DNA from: Acidobacteriota bacterium
GTDB lineage: Bacteria; Acidobacteriota; Thermoanaerobaculia; UBA5066
Reading direction: 5' to 3'
Length of the DNA stretch: 64,000 nucleotides
Assembly (NCBI GenBank): GCA_029781975.1
Contig: JAKOVQ010000010.1
Location: 234,375-298,374, forward strand
A model generated the notes under the pieces. The model saw nothing but the letters and a program-made list of their open reading frames with translations, searched no databases and was not told the origin of the DNA. This document shows positions 35,523 to 46,291 of the stretch, in pieces. A program made the position numbers and the translations under genes. Each line of letters starts with the position of its first letter. Position 1 is the stretch's first letter.

Positions 35523-36072
35523 GCTCCCGCTGGCCGCGGCCGCCGCGCTCCTGGCGTGGTACGCGGCCCTGGAGGGGGCCTGGGGCACGCTGGTGGCAGG
35601 GGTGACGGAGCCCCTCGTCCGGCTCTTCGAGCGGACGCCCGTCACCCGGCTGACCCTCGAGGGGACGCTCCTCGTCGTCTCGCGGAGCGACCTCTCGAGC
35701 GACTCGGCCCTCCCGTCGTTCGCCCTCGCGCCGATCACGGTGAACCTGGTCCTCCTCCTGGCGCTCCTCTGGGCGACGCCACGGACGCTCCGGGCCGAGG
35801 GGCTCTGGAGGATCGCGGCGGCGCTCGGGGCGCTTCTGGCGAGCCACGTCCTCCACCTCATCCTGACGGTGGAGACGCTCTACGCGACGAGCCTCGGGCC
35901 CTGGAGCGTCGCCGCCTACCCGAGGTGGCAGCGCGAGGTCCTGGCGACGGGACGCTACTTCTTCGACATCGCGCTGAAGTACGCGCTCCCGTTCGTCCTC
36001 TGGGCCCTCACGCTGGACCTCGCGCCCTTCGAGGAGCGAACGGCGAGGGCGCCGAGGCGCCGGAAGCGCTGA
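35479..36072 (+). CDS. Hypothetical polytopic membrane protein. The ORF overlaps the previous gene by 44 nt, so the start is uncertain or there is a frameshift.
   Basis: 4-5 hydrophobic segments (LLRLPLAAAAALLAWYAAL…, ITVNLVLLLALLWA…, LGALLASHVLHLIL…, ALKYALPFVLWALTL). No motif recognised. Confidence 0.4.
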   Translation: MLSRLDPRIRSLLLRLPLAAAAALLAWYAALEGAWGTLVAGVTEPLVRLFERTPVTRLTLEGTLLVVSRSDLSSDSALPSFALAPITVNLVLLLALLWATPRTLRAEGLWRIAAALGALLASHVLHLILTVETLYATSLGPWSVAAYPRWQREVLATGRYFFDIALKYALPFVLWALTLDLAPFEERTARAPRRRKR

Positions 36073-36124
36073 CCTTCCGCCCGCTCTCGCGCCCCCTCTC
36101 GCGCCGGCCGGGACCTCCCCGGGC

Positions 36125-38053
36125 TCAGTCGTCGTGCTTCTTGAGGTAGCGGTAGTCCTTGATGTCGTACTCCTTCATCTTCGCGATCAGGCTGCCGCGC
36201 GAGATGTTCAGGAGCCGTGCGCCGAGGGACTGGTTCCCGCGGACCTTGCGCATGACGCGCTCGATGACCTGGCGCTCGACCTTCTCGACGATCTCCTTGA
36301 GGTCGTCGCTCTCGGCCAGCGCCACCTCGAGCCGCTCCTCCCCGAACTTCGGGTCGAGGTCCTTGAGCTTCACGGGGCCCGCGCCGAGGGTCGCGGCGAG
36401 GCGGCGGCACTCGTTCTCCAGCTCCCTCACGTTCCCGGGGTAGCTCGCCGCGAGGAGGGCGTTCATCGCCTCGACGTCGAAGGCCGACGCGGGGGGGCCG
36501 CCGTGGCGGACGGCGAAGGCGTCGAGGAGGGCCGGGAGGTCCTCCTTCCGGTCGCGCAGGGGGGGGAGGCGGACGGTGAGAGTCGCCAGCTCGTAGTAGA
36601 GGTCCTCGCGGAAGGTCCCCTCCTCCATCGCCCGCGTCAGCGGCCGGGAGGTCGTCCCGATGACCCGGACGTCGACCGACGCCGACCGCCCGCCGGGTCC
36701 CACCACCTCGCGCGTCTTCAGGAGGCGGTAGAGGAGCGCCTGCGTGGGGGCGGGGAGGTCGCCCACCTCCTCGATGAGGAGCGTCCCGCCGTCCGCCTCG
36801 AAGAGGCGGCCCGTCCGCCTCCGCCGGTCGGCGGGGCCCGGGCTCCCGAGGAGGTCGTCCTCGAGCGCCGCGGCGGTGGAGGCGGTGGCGGCGATCCTCA
36901 CGAGCGGCCGGGGCCTCCTCGGGGAGAGGGCGTGGAGGGTCTCGGCCGCCAGCGTCTTCCCCGTCCCGACGTCGCCGATCACGAGGACCGAGGCGCGCGT
37001 GGCGGCGATCCGCTGCAGGGACGCCCGGAGGTTCTCCATCGGGAGCGAGTTCCCGACGACCGCCGAGAGCGGCTCCTCGAGGACGACGCTCTGCGGCAGG
37101 GGCTGCGGCGCCACGCCCCGCTCGCCGAACGGGGCCTCGGCCCGCTCGGCGTGGACGAGCCCGGCGGCGGAGGCGAGGCCGAGCGCGAAGTCGTTCATCC
37201 CCGCGTCGGCGGCGAGCTCGTTCGGGAGGACGAGGAGGCCGACCACCTCGGCCAGCGGCCGTGTGACCGGGTAGACGCGGATCCGCGTCCCCGCCTCGAA
37301 CGCGTCGACGGGCGCGCCCGACTCCATCACCTCGTCCACCGTCTTGCGCGACAGCTTCGGGAGGGTCCCCTTCCAGATGGCCGCCACCGCCTCGCCGGCG
37401 CTGGCCTCGGCGATCGAGAGGAACGCCACGCTGTGGACGGGCGTCGAGGAGGAGAGGTAGGAGGCCACGTCCTGGAGGCGCTCCTCGAGCGCGGACCCGC
37501 CCCGGAGCCTCGCGAAGACCTCCGGCCAGACCTCGCCGGGCCGGAACGCCGGGCCGGCCGCCGGACGCGGGTACGAAGGGGGCGCCTCGTACCGCGGCGC
37601 GGGGCGGGCCGGCGGCTGGGCCGGAGGCTCCGGAGCGCGCGGCGCGGCCGGCGCGGGGGCGGCCGGTGCCTGGGGGCTCGGCGCGAGGGCCGCGGCGGCC
37701 ATCGAGAAGGCGTCCCGTCCCCGGGCCGGAGGGGCGGAGATCCTGTTCGGGTTCGGAGCAGGGCCGTTCAGGAGAGTGATCGTCGCCTCGCCAATCGAGA
37801 TCCGGTCCCCCGCCGACAGCGAAGCGGACTTGACGATCGACCCGTTCAGCAGCACGTCGGAGCCGGGAGCCGAACCGAGTACGTCCAGCCGAAGCTCGTC
37901 TCCGGTCACCGAGATCCGTGCGTGCCGTCCCAGGACACCGCGCGCCCTCACGACCAGGTCGTTACCCGACGAGGCGCCGATGTGGATGACGTCCCGGTGG
38001 ACCTTTCGGACCTCCGACTCGCCGCCGGGCTTGCGGACCTCGAAGCTCAACAT
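36125..38053 (-). CDS. Sigma-54-type AAA+ transcriptional activator with an N-terminal FHA domain and a C-terminal Fis-type HTH. The GAFTGA loop is degenerate.
   Basis: FHA domain: IHIGASSGNDLVV…GRHARI…NGS. Walker A in VLVIGDVGTGKT; Walker B LLIEEVGDL; arginine finger region GNVREL. The C-terminal HTH reads RGNQSLGARLLNISRGSLIAKMKEY. Where GAFTGA should be, the protein reads GSPGPADRRRRTG. GGAGG lies 8 nt upstream of the ATG at 38053. Confidence 0.75.
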   Translation of the reverse strand: MLSFEVRKPGGESEVRKVHRDVIHIGASSGNDLVVRARGVLGRHARISVTGDELRLDVLGSAPGSDVLLNGSIVKSASLSAGDRISIGEATITLLNGPAPNPNRISAPPARGRDAFSMAAAALAPSPQAPAAPAPAAPRAPEPPAQPPARPAPRYEAPPSYPRPAAGPAFRPGEVWPEVFARLRGGSALEERLQDVASYLSSSTPVHSVAFLSIAEASAGEAVAAIWKGTLPKLSRKTVDEVMESGAPVDAFEAGTRIRVYPVTRPLAEVVGLLVLPNELAADAGMNDFALGLASAAGLVHAERAEAPFGERGVAPQPLPQSVVLEEPLSAVVGNSLPMENLRASLQRIAATRASVLVIGDVGTGKTLAAETLHALSPRRPRPLVRIAATASTAAALEDDLLGSPGPADRRRRTGRLFEADGGTLLIEEVGDLPAPTQALLYRLLKTREVVGPGGRSASVDVRVIGTTSRPLTRAMEEGTFREDLYYELATLTVRLPPLRDRKEDLPALLDAFAVRHGGPPASAFDVEAMNALLAASYPGNVRELENECRRLAATLGAGPVKLKDLDPKFGEERLEVALAESDDLKEIVEKVERQVIERVMRKVRGNQSLGARLLNISRGSLIAKMKEYDIKDYRYLKKHDD

Positions 38054-38181
38054 GTCTCTGGCCTCCGTTTCCCGTGAGGGAACACCTACGGACGCACAGA
38101 CAGTACCACGTCCGGACGACGCTGTACTCGCCGAGGCGACAGGATCTGAACGCCGGCCTAAGATACCTTCGAGGGCATCTG

Positions 38182-39147
38182 GTGCCGGGATTCCTGATCG
38201 AGGCCGTCCCCTTCTCCGCGACGAGCGACCAGGACCTGGCCGCCCTCCTGGGGACCCTCCGGGCCGCGCTCGACCCCGACGCGTTCGAGATGTCCTTCTT
38301 CTTTCCGCCGACCGGCCGCTGGTACCGGCGCCGCGTGGTGGGCCTCCGGGACTCGGGCCTGAGGCCCCTTCCCCTCTCGGGGCCGTCGCCCCCCCCGGAC
38401 GACGGCTCGGCGCTCGTGGTCCCGTTCGGCGGGCCCGGGGACACGGAAGGGACGCTCCAGCTGATCCGGCGCCGCCCGCGGCCCTGGACCGGCGCGGAGC
38501 GGACGCGGTTCGAGCTGATCCGGCCGCTCGTGGAGCAGCTCGTCGGGACGATCGCCCGCCGCCAGGCCGATCGCTGCGCCCGCCGCCGGCTCTTCGCCGC
38601 CGCGGAGGAGACCGACGCCCCCGTCCTCGCCTTCGACGCGACAGGGACGATCCTCTACGCGAACGGCGCGGCCGACGACCTCATCTCCCTGCAGACCGAG
38701 CAGGGGCTGGCGGTCCTCTCGGGCGGCCGCCGGCAGGCCCCCCTCCTCTCGCACCTCATCCAGCTGGCGCGGACCGACCCGGCGCCGCGACGCGAGCGCC
38801 TGGCCCTCTCGAACGGCCGCTCGCTCGAGGCGCGGGTCGTCGAGGTCCCGCCGGAGGGGCCCGAGCCCTCCTGCCGGCTCGTCGTCCTGCAGGAGCGCGC
38901 GGCCCTCACGATCGACGACGTCCGCCCCCAGCTCCTCGCGCGCGGCGTGTCGGGGCGCGAGGCCGACGTCGTCGCCGGGGTCCTCAAGGGGCTCCGGAAC
39001 GCCGAGATCGCGACCGAGCTCTTCATCAGCGAGTACACCGTGAAGGACCACCTCAAGCACGTCTTCGCCAAGCTCGGCGTCGCCTCGCGCGGGGCCCTCC
39101 TTCGGGAGCTCTACGCCGCCCCCGCCGAGGAGCCGGCGCCCGGCTGA
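38182..39147 (+). CDS. LuxR-family transcriptional regulator with a PAS-like sensor region
   Basis: The C-terminal HTH is the LuxR signature: SGREADVVAGVLKGLRNAEIATELFISEYTVKDHLKHVFAKLG. Upstream, FDATGTILYANGAADDLISL is PAS-like. The start is uncertain. The track ORF begins at 38074, only 20 nt from the divergent gene. I chose the GTG at 38182, which has GAGGG upstream. Confidence 0.55.
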   Translation: MPGFLIEAVPFSATSDQDLAALLGTLRAALDPDAFEMSFFFPPTGRWYRRRVVGLRDSGLRPLPLSGPSPPPDDGSALVVPFGGPGDTEGTLQLIRRRPRPWTGAERTRFELIRPLVEQLVGTIARRQADRCARRRLFAAAEETDAPVLAFDATGTILYANGAADDLISLQTEQGLAVLSGGRRQAPLLSHLIQLARTDPAPRRERLALSNGRSLEARVVEVPPEGPEPSCRLVVLQERAALTIDDVRPQLLARGVSGREADVVAGVLKGLRNAEIATELFISEYTVKDHLKHVFAKLGVASRGALLRELYAAPAEEPAPG

Positions 39148-39235
39148 GGGGCCGGACGGCCGAGCCCGGCCCGCGGACGCCTCGCGACGGACAGGACCGC
39201 CCCGGTCGTGGTAGGGTCGCCCGCCTGACGCCGCC

Positions 39236-42200
39236 ATGTTTCGACTCAAGAAGCTCGAGATCCACGGTTTCAAGTCCTTCGTCGACCGCACCTCCCTGAC
39301 CCTTCCGTCCCGCATCACGGCCATCGTCGGCCCGAACGGCTCCGGCAAGTCGAACATCTGCGACGCCGTCATGTGGGTGCTGGGCGAGCAGTCGGCCCGC
39401 GTCCTTCGCGGGACGACGATGGAGGACGTCATCTTCAACGGCTCCGCCCGGCGAAAGCCCCTCGGCCTCGCCGAGGTCTCCCTGACGCTCGAGGCGCGCG
39501 GGGACGGCCAGTGGGCCGACACGGGGGGCGAGGTCGTCATCACGCGGCGCGTGACCCGCGACGGCGAGGGCGAGTACCTCCTGAACGGCCGCCGCTCCCG
39601 CCTGAAGGACGTCCAGGACCTCCTCCTCGGGACCGGCCTCGGCGTCCGCGCCTACGCGATCATCGAGCAGCAGAAGATCGAGCTGATCCTCTCGAGCAAG
39701 CCGCAGGACCGGCGGCGGCTCGTCGAGGAGGCGGCCGGGATCTCGAAGTACAAGCTCAGGAAGCGGCAGGCCGAGGTGAAGCTCGAGGAGACCCGCGCCA
39801 ACCTCCTCCGCCTGACCGACATCGTCGCCGAGATCGAGAGGACCTGCACCTCCCTCAAGCGGCAGGCCGGCCGCGCCGCCCGCTGGAGGGAGCAGGCCGA
39901 CGCGCTCGCGGCGCTGAAGAAGCGCCTCCTCCGGCTGAAGGGGGAGCGGCTCGCGGAGGCCGTGGCCGCCGCGGAGGCGGCGCTCGCGACGGCGACCGAC
40001 GCCGAGGGACGCGCCCTGGCCGAGGCCGGCCGGCTCGACGCCGCCTTCGAGGAGGCGCGCCACCGCTCGGACGTCGACGAGCGCGCGCGTCGCGAGCGCG
40101 TCGACGCCTTCGCCGCCGCGCGCGAGGCGCTCCTCTCCGCGGAGGCGGAGGCCGCCGCCGCCGCGCGCGAGGCCGAGGAGAGCGACGCCCGCCGAGAGCT
40201 CCTCGAGGCCCAGCGCCGCGAGGCGGAGGCCGACCACCTGCGCGAGGTGGAGGAGGCGACCCGCGGGGAGGAGGCCCTTCAGGAGGCCGTCGCGGCCCTC
40301 GAGGAGGCCGAGGAGCGCGCCCGCGGCACGGCCGAGGCGCTCGCCGCCGCGGCCCGCACCGAGCAGGAGCGGTCGCAGCGCCGCGAGGCGCAGCGGCGCG
40401 AGCTGCTGACGGCGGCCGCGCGCGCCACCGAGGCGACGAACCGCGAGCGCGAGGCCGCGCTCCTCGCCGACCGGCTCGGCTTCGCCCTCGCGAAGCTCGA
40501 GGAGCGGCGCGGCCGCGCCAGCGAGTCGCTCGAGGAGCGGCGTCGCGTGGAGGGCGAGGCCGCCGCCGCGGACGCGGCGACGTCCGAGGCGCTGGACGAG
40601 GCCCGCAGGCGCCTGGAGGAGGCCGGCACCGGCCGCCGCGACGCGCAGGAGCGGCTCGCCTCCCTGAACGGCGAGAAGGAGGCCGCCCAGAAGGCGTTCC
40701 ACGCCCTCGACCGGCGGATCGCGGCCCTCGAGACGCTCCTTGCGGCCCGCGAGTCGGGCGGGGAGGCCGCCCGGAAGGCCCTCGAGGCCGCCGGCGTCTC
40801 TCCCGCCGGCGTCCTCGCCGACTCCTTCGACGCCCGCGAGGGGTTCGAGAGCGCGCTCGACGCCGCCCTCGGCGGCGCCCTCGAGGCGCCCGTCGTCAGG
40901 GACCGGTCCGACCTCGACCGCGTCCTGGCGGCGGTCCGGACCGCTCACCTCGGGACGGCTCGCTTCGTCCACCCGATCCCCGACACGCCGTTCCCCCTCC
41001 GCCCGAAGGACGACCGCGTCCTGGGCGTGGCCCGCGAGCTCCTCAGGCCCCGCCCGGGCGAGGAGGAGCTCGCCTCGGCGCTCCCCGACGCCGTCGTCGT
41101 CCGGACGGTGGACGAGGCGCTCGCCCTCGCCCCTCACCTCCCGGAGCGGACCATCGCCACCGTCGACGGCGTCGTCGTCCGCGGCTCCACGGTCGAGGCG
41201 TCGGGGACGGAGCTCCCGGGGGAGGGGCTCTTCACCGTCCGCCGCGACCTCAAGCAGCTGACGGCCGAGCGCGAGGGGCTCGTGGAGCGGCTCGCCGCGC
41301 TCGACGCCGGGATCGCCGACACCGGGACGGCCGCCGGGGAGCTGGCTGCCGCCGTGGAGCGCGAGGTCGCCGCGAGCCGGCGCGCCGAGCGCGCCCACTC
41401 CGAGGCGGAGGCGCGCCTCGCCTCCGCCCGGCAGGAGACGGCCCGGGCCGAGCGCGAGCTCTTCACGCTCGGCGAGGAGGAGACGGCCCTCCGCGCCGAC
41501 CTCGCGCGCGTAGGGCAGGAGCGGGCGGCCGCCCTCGAGACCGCGGCCCAGCGGACCGCCGAGATGGCGACCGTGGAGAAGGGGATCGCCGACCTCGAGG
41601 CCGAGGTGGAGGCGGCCCGGGCCGCCCGCCTCGCGGCCGCCGAGGCGGACGCCGCCGCGCGCGGGACGCGGGACGTCCTGCGCGAGCGGAAGCGGTCGGC
41701 CGCGGGCGCCTTCGAATCCCATCGCGCCCGCGCCGACGCGGCGGCGCGGCGCCTCGCCGAGACGGCCGAGGCGATGAAGGGCCAGGACGGCCGCAAGGAA
41801 GCCGCCCTCGCCGCCGGGGAGGAGGCGCGCGCGCGGTGCGCGACCCTCGCCGCCGCGGTCGCCGGCGCGGAGGCCGCCCGCGACGCCGCCGCGCGGACCG
41901 CCGAGGAGGGTCGGGCTCTCCTCGAGACGCTCGACCGGCAGGCCCACGAGGCGCGCGAGGCGCTCGACGCGGCCCGGAGGGGGCGGTTCGAGGCCGAGCT
42001 GACGCTCGAGAAGCGGCGCGGCGACGCCGAGCACCTCTCCGAGAGCTGCCGCGCGGAGTTCGGCTGCCTCCCCGCCGACCTCCCCGAGGTGGCCCGGGAG
42101 GAGGGGGAGCCGGCGCCCGACGACGAGGCGCTCGCCGCCCTCTCCGAGGAGGTCGTCCAGAAGACCGTGGCGCTCGAGCGGCTCGGCCCGGTCAACCACG

Positions 42201-42775
42201 CCGCCCTGGAGGAGTTCGACGCCGAGAGCCAGCGCCTGCGGGAGATGTCGACGCAGAAGCTCGACCTCGAGAAGTCGCTCGACCAGATCCTCGAGACGAT
42301 CCGGACGATCAACGCCACGTCGTCCGAGCGGTTCCAGGAGGCGTTCGCCGCCATCAACGCCGGCTTCGACGTCGTCTTCCAGCGCCTCTTCCGCGGCGGG
42401 ACCGCGTCGATGCAGCTCCTCGACGAGAACGACCCGCTCGACTCGGGGATCGAGATCATGGCCCAGCCCCCCGGCAAGAGGAACCAGACGATCGCGCTCC
42501 TCTCCGGGGGCGAGAAGGCGCTGACCGCGGTGGCCCTCCTCGTCTCGATCTTCAAGTACAGGCCGTCGCCGTTCTGCATCCTCGACGAGGTCGACGCGCC
42601 GCTCGACGAGGCGAACATCGACCGCTTCACCGGCCTCCTCTCGGAGCTCTCCGAGGAGACGCAGTTCGTCCTCATCACCCACTCGAAGCGGACGATGGAG
42701 ACCGCCCAGGCCCTCTACGGAGTGACCCAGGAGGAGCCGGGCGTCTCCAAGATCGTCAGCGTCCGCTTCGACTGA
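39236..42775 (+). CDS. smc: Chromosome segregation protein SMC
   Basis: Walker A in MFRLKKLEIHGFKSF…IVGPNGSGKSNICDAV; long coiled-coil arms with Ala/Glu/Arg-rich heptads; signature motif LSGGEKALTAVALL; Walker B ILDEVDAPLDEAN. 1179 aa. Confidence 0.9.
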   Translation: MFRLKKLEIHGFKSFVDRTSLTLPSRITAIVGPNGSGKSNICDAVMWVLGEQSARVLRGTTMEDVIFNGSARRKPLGLAEVSLTLEARGDGQWADTGGEVVITRRVTRDGEGEYLLNGRRSRLKDVQDLLLGTGLGVRAYAIIEQQKIELILSSKPQDRRRLVEEAAGISKYKLRKRQAEVKLEETRANLLRLTDIVAEIERTCTSLKRQAGRAARWREQADALAALKKRLLRLKGERLAEAVAAAEAALATATDAEGRALAEAGRLDAAFEEARHRSDVDERARRERVDAFAAAREALLSAEAEAAAAAREAEESDARRELLEAQRREAEADHLREVEEATRGEEALQEAVAALEEAEERARGTAEALAAAARTEQERSQRREAQRRELLTAAARATEATNREREAALLADRLGFALAKLEERRGRASESLEERRRVEGEAAAADAATSEALDEARRRLEEAGTGRRDAQERLASLNGEKEAAQKAFHALDRRIAALETLLAARESGGEAARKALEAAGVSPAGVLADSFDAREGFESALDAALGGALEAPVVRDRSDLDRVLAAVRTAHLGTARFVHPIPDTPFPLRPKDDRVLGVARELLRPRPGEEELASALPDAVVVRTVDEALALAPHLPERTIATVDGVVVRGSTVEASGTELPGEGLFTVRRDLKQLTAEREGLVERLAALDAGIADTGTAAGELAAAVEREVAASRRAERAHSEAEARLASARQETARAERELFTLGEEETALRADLARVGQERAAALETAAQRTAEMATVEKGIADLEAEVEAARAARLAAAEADAAARGTRDVLRERKRSAAGAFESHRARADAAARRLAETAEAMKGQDGRKEAALAAGEEARARCATLAAAVAGAEAARDAAARTAEEGRALLETLDRQAHEAREALDAARRGRFEAELTLEKRRGDAEHLSESCRAEFGCLPADLPEVAREEGEPAPDDEALAALSEEVVQKTVALERLGPVNHAALEEFDAESQRLREMSTQKLDLEKSLDQILETIRTINATSSERFQEAFAAINAGFDVVFQRLFRGGTASMQLLDENDPLDSGIEIMAQPPGKRNQTIALLSGGEKALTAVALLVSIFKYRPSPFCILDEVDAPLDEANIDRFTGLLSELSEETQFVLITHSKRTMETAQALYGVTQEEPGVSKIVSVRFD

Positions 42776-43631
42776 GCCGCCGCAGGTCTCGGGTCCCGGC
42801 GAGCGGGACGACGTTCGCCGGTCCCGCCTCGGGGCCGATCCGGGAGGAGCTGGCAGGAGCCGGCGACCGGTGCGCGAGGAGCCAGTCGTAGATCGCCCGG
42901 TCGCCGTAAGCGCGCGTCCAGGCGTCGTGCCCCTCCTCGAGACGGATCTCGAGGCGGACCTCGCCGCCGCACCCCTCGAGCTCCCGCGCGACGCGCGAGG
43001 CCCGGCGCCACGGGATCCTCTCGTCGCCCCGGTTGTGGATGATCCAGACCGGGACGCTCCGGAGCCGGCAGGGATTCGAGGGACCGCGGTCGATCGAGAC
43101 GGCGACCACCGCCGCGATCCGGCCCGGCCTCGCGGCCGCCAGGTCGAGCGCGGCGGACCCGCCCGCGCTCAGCCCCGTCGCGTAGACCCGGCTCGGGTCG
43201 ACGGGGAGCGTCGCGAGGAGGTGGTCGAGGAGCGCGTCGAGGGCGGGGAGGGACCATTCTTCCGGGAAGGGGCACTGGGGGGCAACGACGAGGAAGGGGA
43301 ACTCGTTCCGGTCCTTCAGGAGCCACGGCAGCCCCTCCCGCTCGACGTCTTTCAGGTCGTTCCCCCGCTCACCCGCTCCGTGGAGGAAGAGGATGAGCGG
43401 CCACCGCACCGTCGTCCCCTCGGCAGACTTCGGGACGAACTGGAGATACCGGATCGTCCGCCAGCGATGCCCCGGGAGCCGCAGCGCCTCCTCCACCTCG
43501 CGGGACGGGAGGGGGGCAGCGCGAGGGGGAGGCGCACAGGCCGAGAGGAGGACTCCCAGGGCAAGGAGCGCCGGGGGGCCGGACCGGCGACGGTTCACGC
43601 CCCGATGGTAGCAACGAATCGGTGAAGCCAA
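42756..43631 (-). CDS. Alpha/beta-hydrolase-fold esterase (phospholipase/carboxylesterase or PHB-depolymerase-like), a lipoprotein
   Basis: Lipobox-like LLALGVLLSAC; oxyanion-hole motif LFLHGAGE; nucleophile elbow GLSAGG; a C-terminal His. The 3' end overlaps the smc stop by 20 nt. Confidence 0.6.
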   Translation of the reverse strand: MASPIRCYHRGVNRRRSGPPALLALGVLLSACAPPPRAAPLPSREVEEALRLPGHRWRTIRYLQFVPKSAEGTTVRWPLILFLHGAGERGNDLKDVEREGLPWLLKDRNEFPFLVVAPQCPFPEEWSLPALDALLDHLLATLPVDPSRVYATGLSAGGSAALDLAAARPGRIAAVVAVSIDRGPSNPCRLRSVPVWIIHNRGDERIPWRRASRVARELEGCGGEVRLEIRLEEGHDAWTRAYGDRAIYDWLLAHRSPAPASSSRIGPEAGPANVVPLAGTRDLRRLSRSGR

Positions 43632-43671
43632 CCGTTAAACCCATTAGGCACAGCTGTTTCGATGTATCAGT

Positions 43672-43702
43672 AGAAATCTTAGCGCATTATGCTAAGATTT
43701 CT
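43672..43702. promoter_or_regulatory. Perfect 12-bp inverted repeat AGAAATCTTAGC-(7 nt)-GCTAAGATTTCT in the AT-rich divergent intergenic region upstream of lon. It is a candidate repressor operator.
   Basis: Read directly: agaaatcttagc gcattat gctaagatttct. Each arm is the exact reverse complement of the other. It sits in a 70-nt AT-rich spacer between the esterase gene (minus) and lon (plus), 45 nt before the lon start codon I prefer. Confidence 0.5.
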
Positions 43703-43746
43703 CCGTGAGCCGGAATATTGGTCTTTCCTCCGGCGTTGGAGCTTCC

Positions 43747-46239
<2,493 letters not shown>

Positions 46240-46251
46240 CGGGCTCCCGGT

Positions 46252-46280
46252 CCGGCCGCCCGCCCCGCGCGGGCGGCCGG
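46252..46280. terminator. GC-rich hairpin (11-bp stem ccggccgcccg / cgggcggccgg, 7-nt loop) between the convergent lon and acyl-CoA dehydrogenase genes. It may be a bidirectional terminator, but there is no U-tract.
   Basis: The arms are perfect reverse complements. It lies between the lon stop (46237-46239) and the ACAD stop (46292-46294). Confidence 0.35.
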
Positions 46281-46291
46281 GACGCGCCCCG

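Noticed and set aside
43672-43702. HrcA CIRCE element upstream of lon
   Set aside because: The outer TTAGC…GCTAA bases match CIRCE, but the inverted repeat is 12-N7-12 rather than 9-N9-9 and the inner bases differ. I report it as a distinct palindrome, not as CIRCE.
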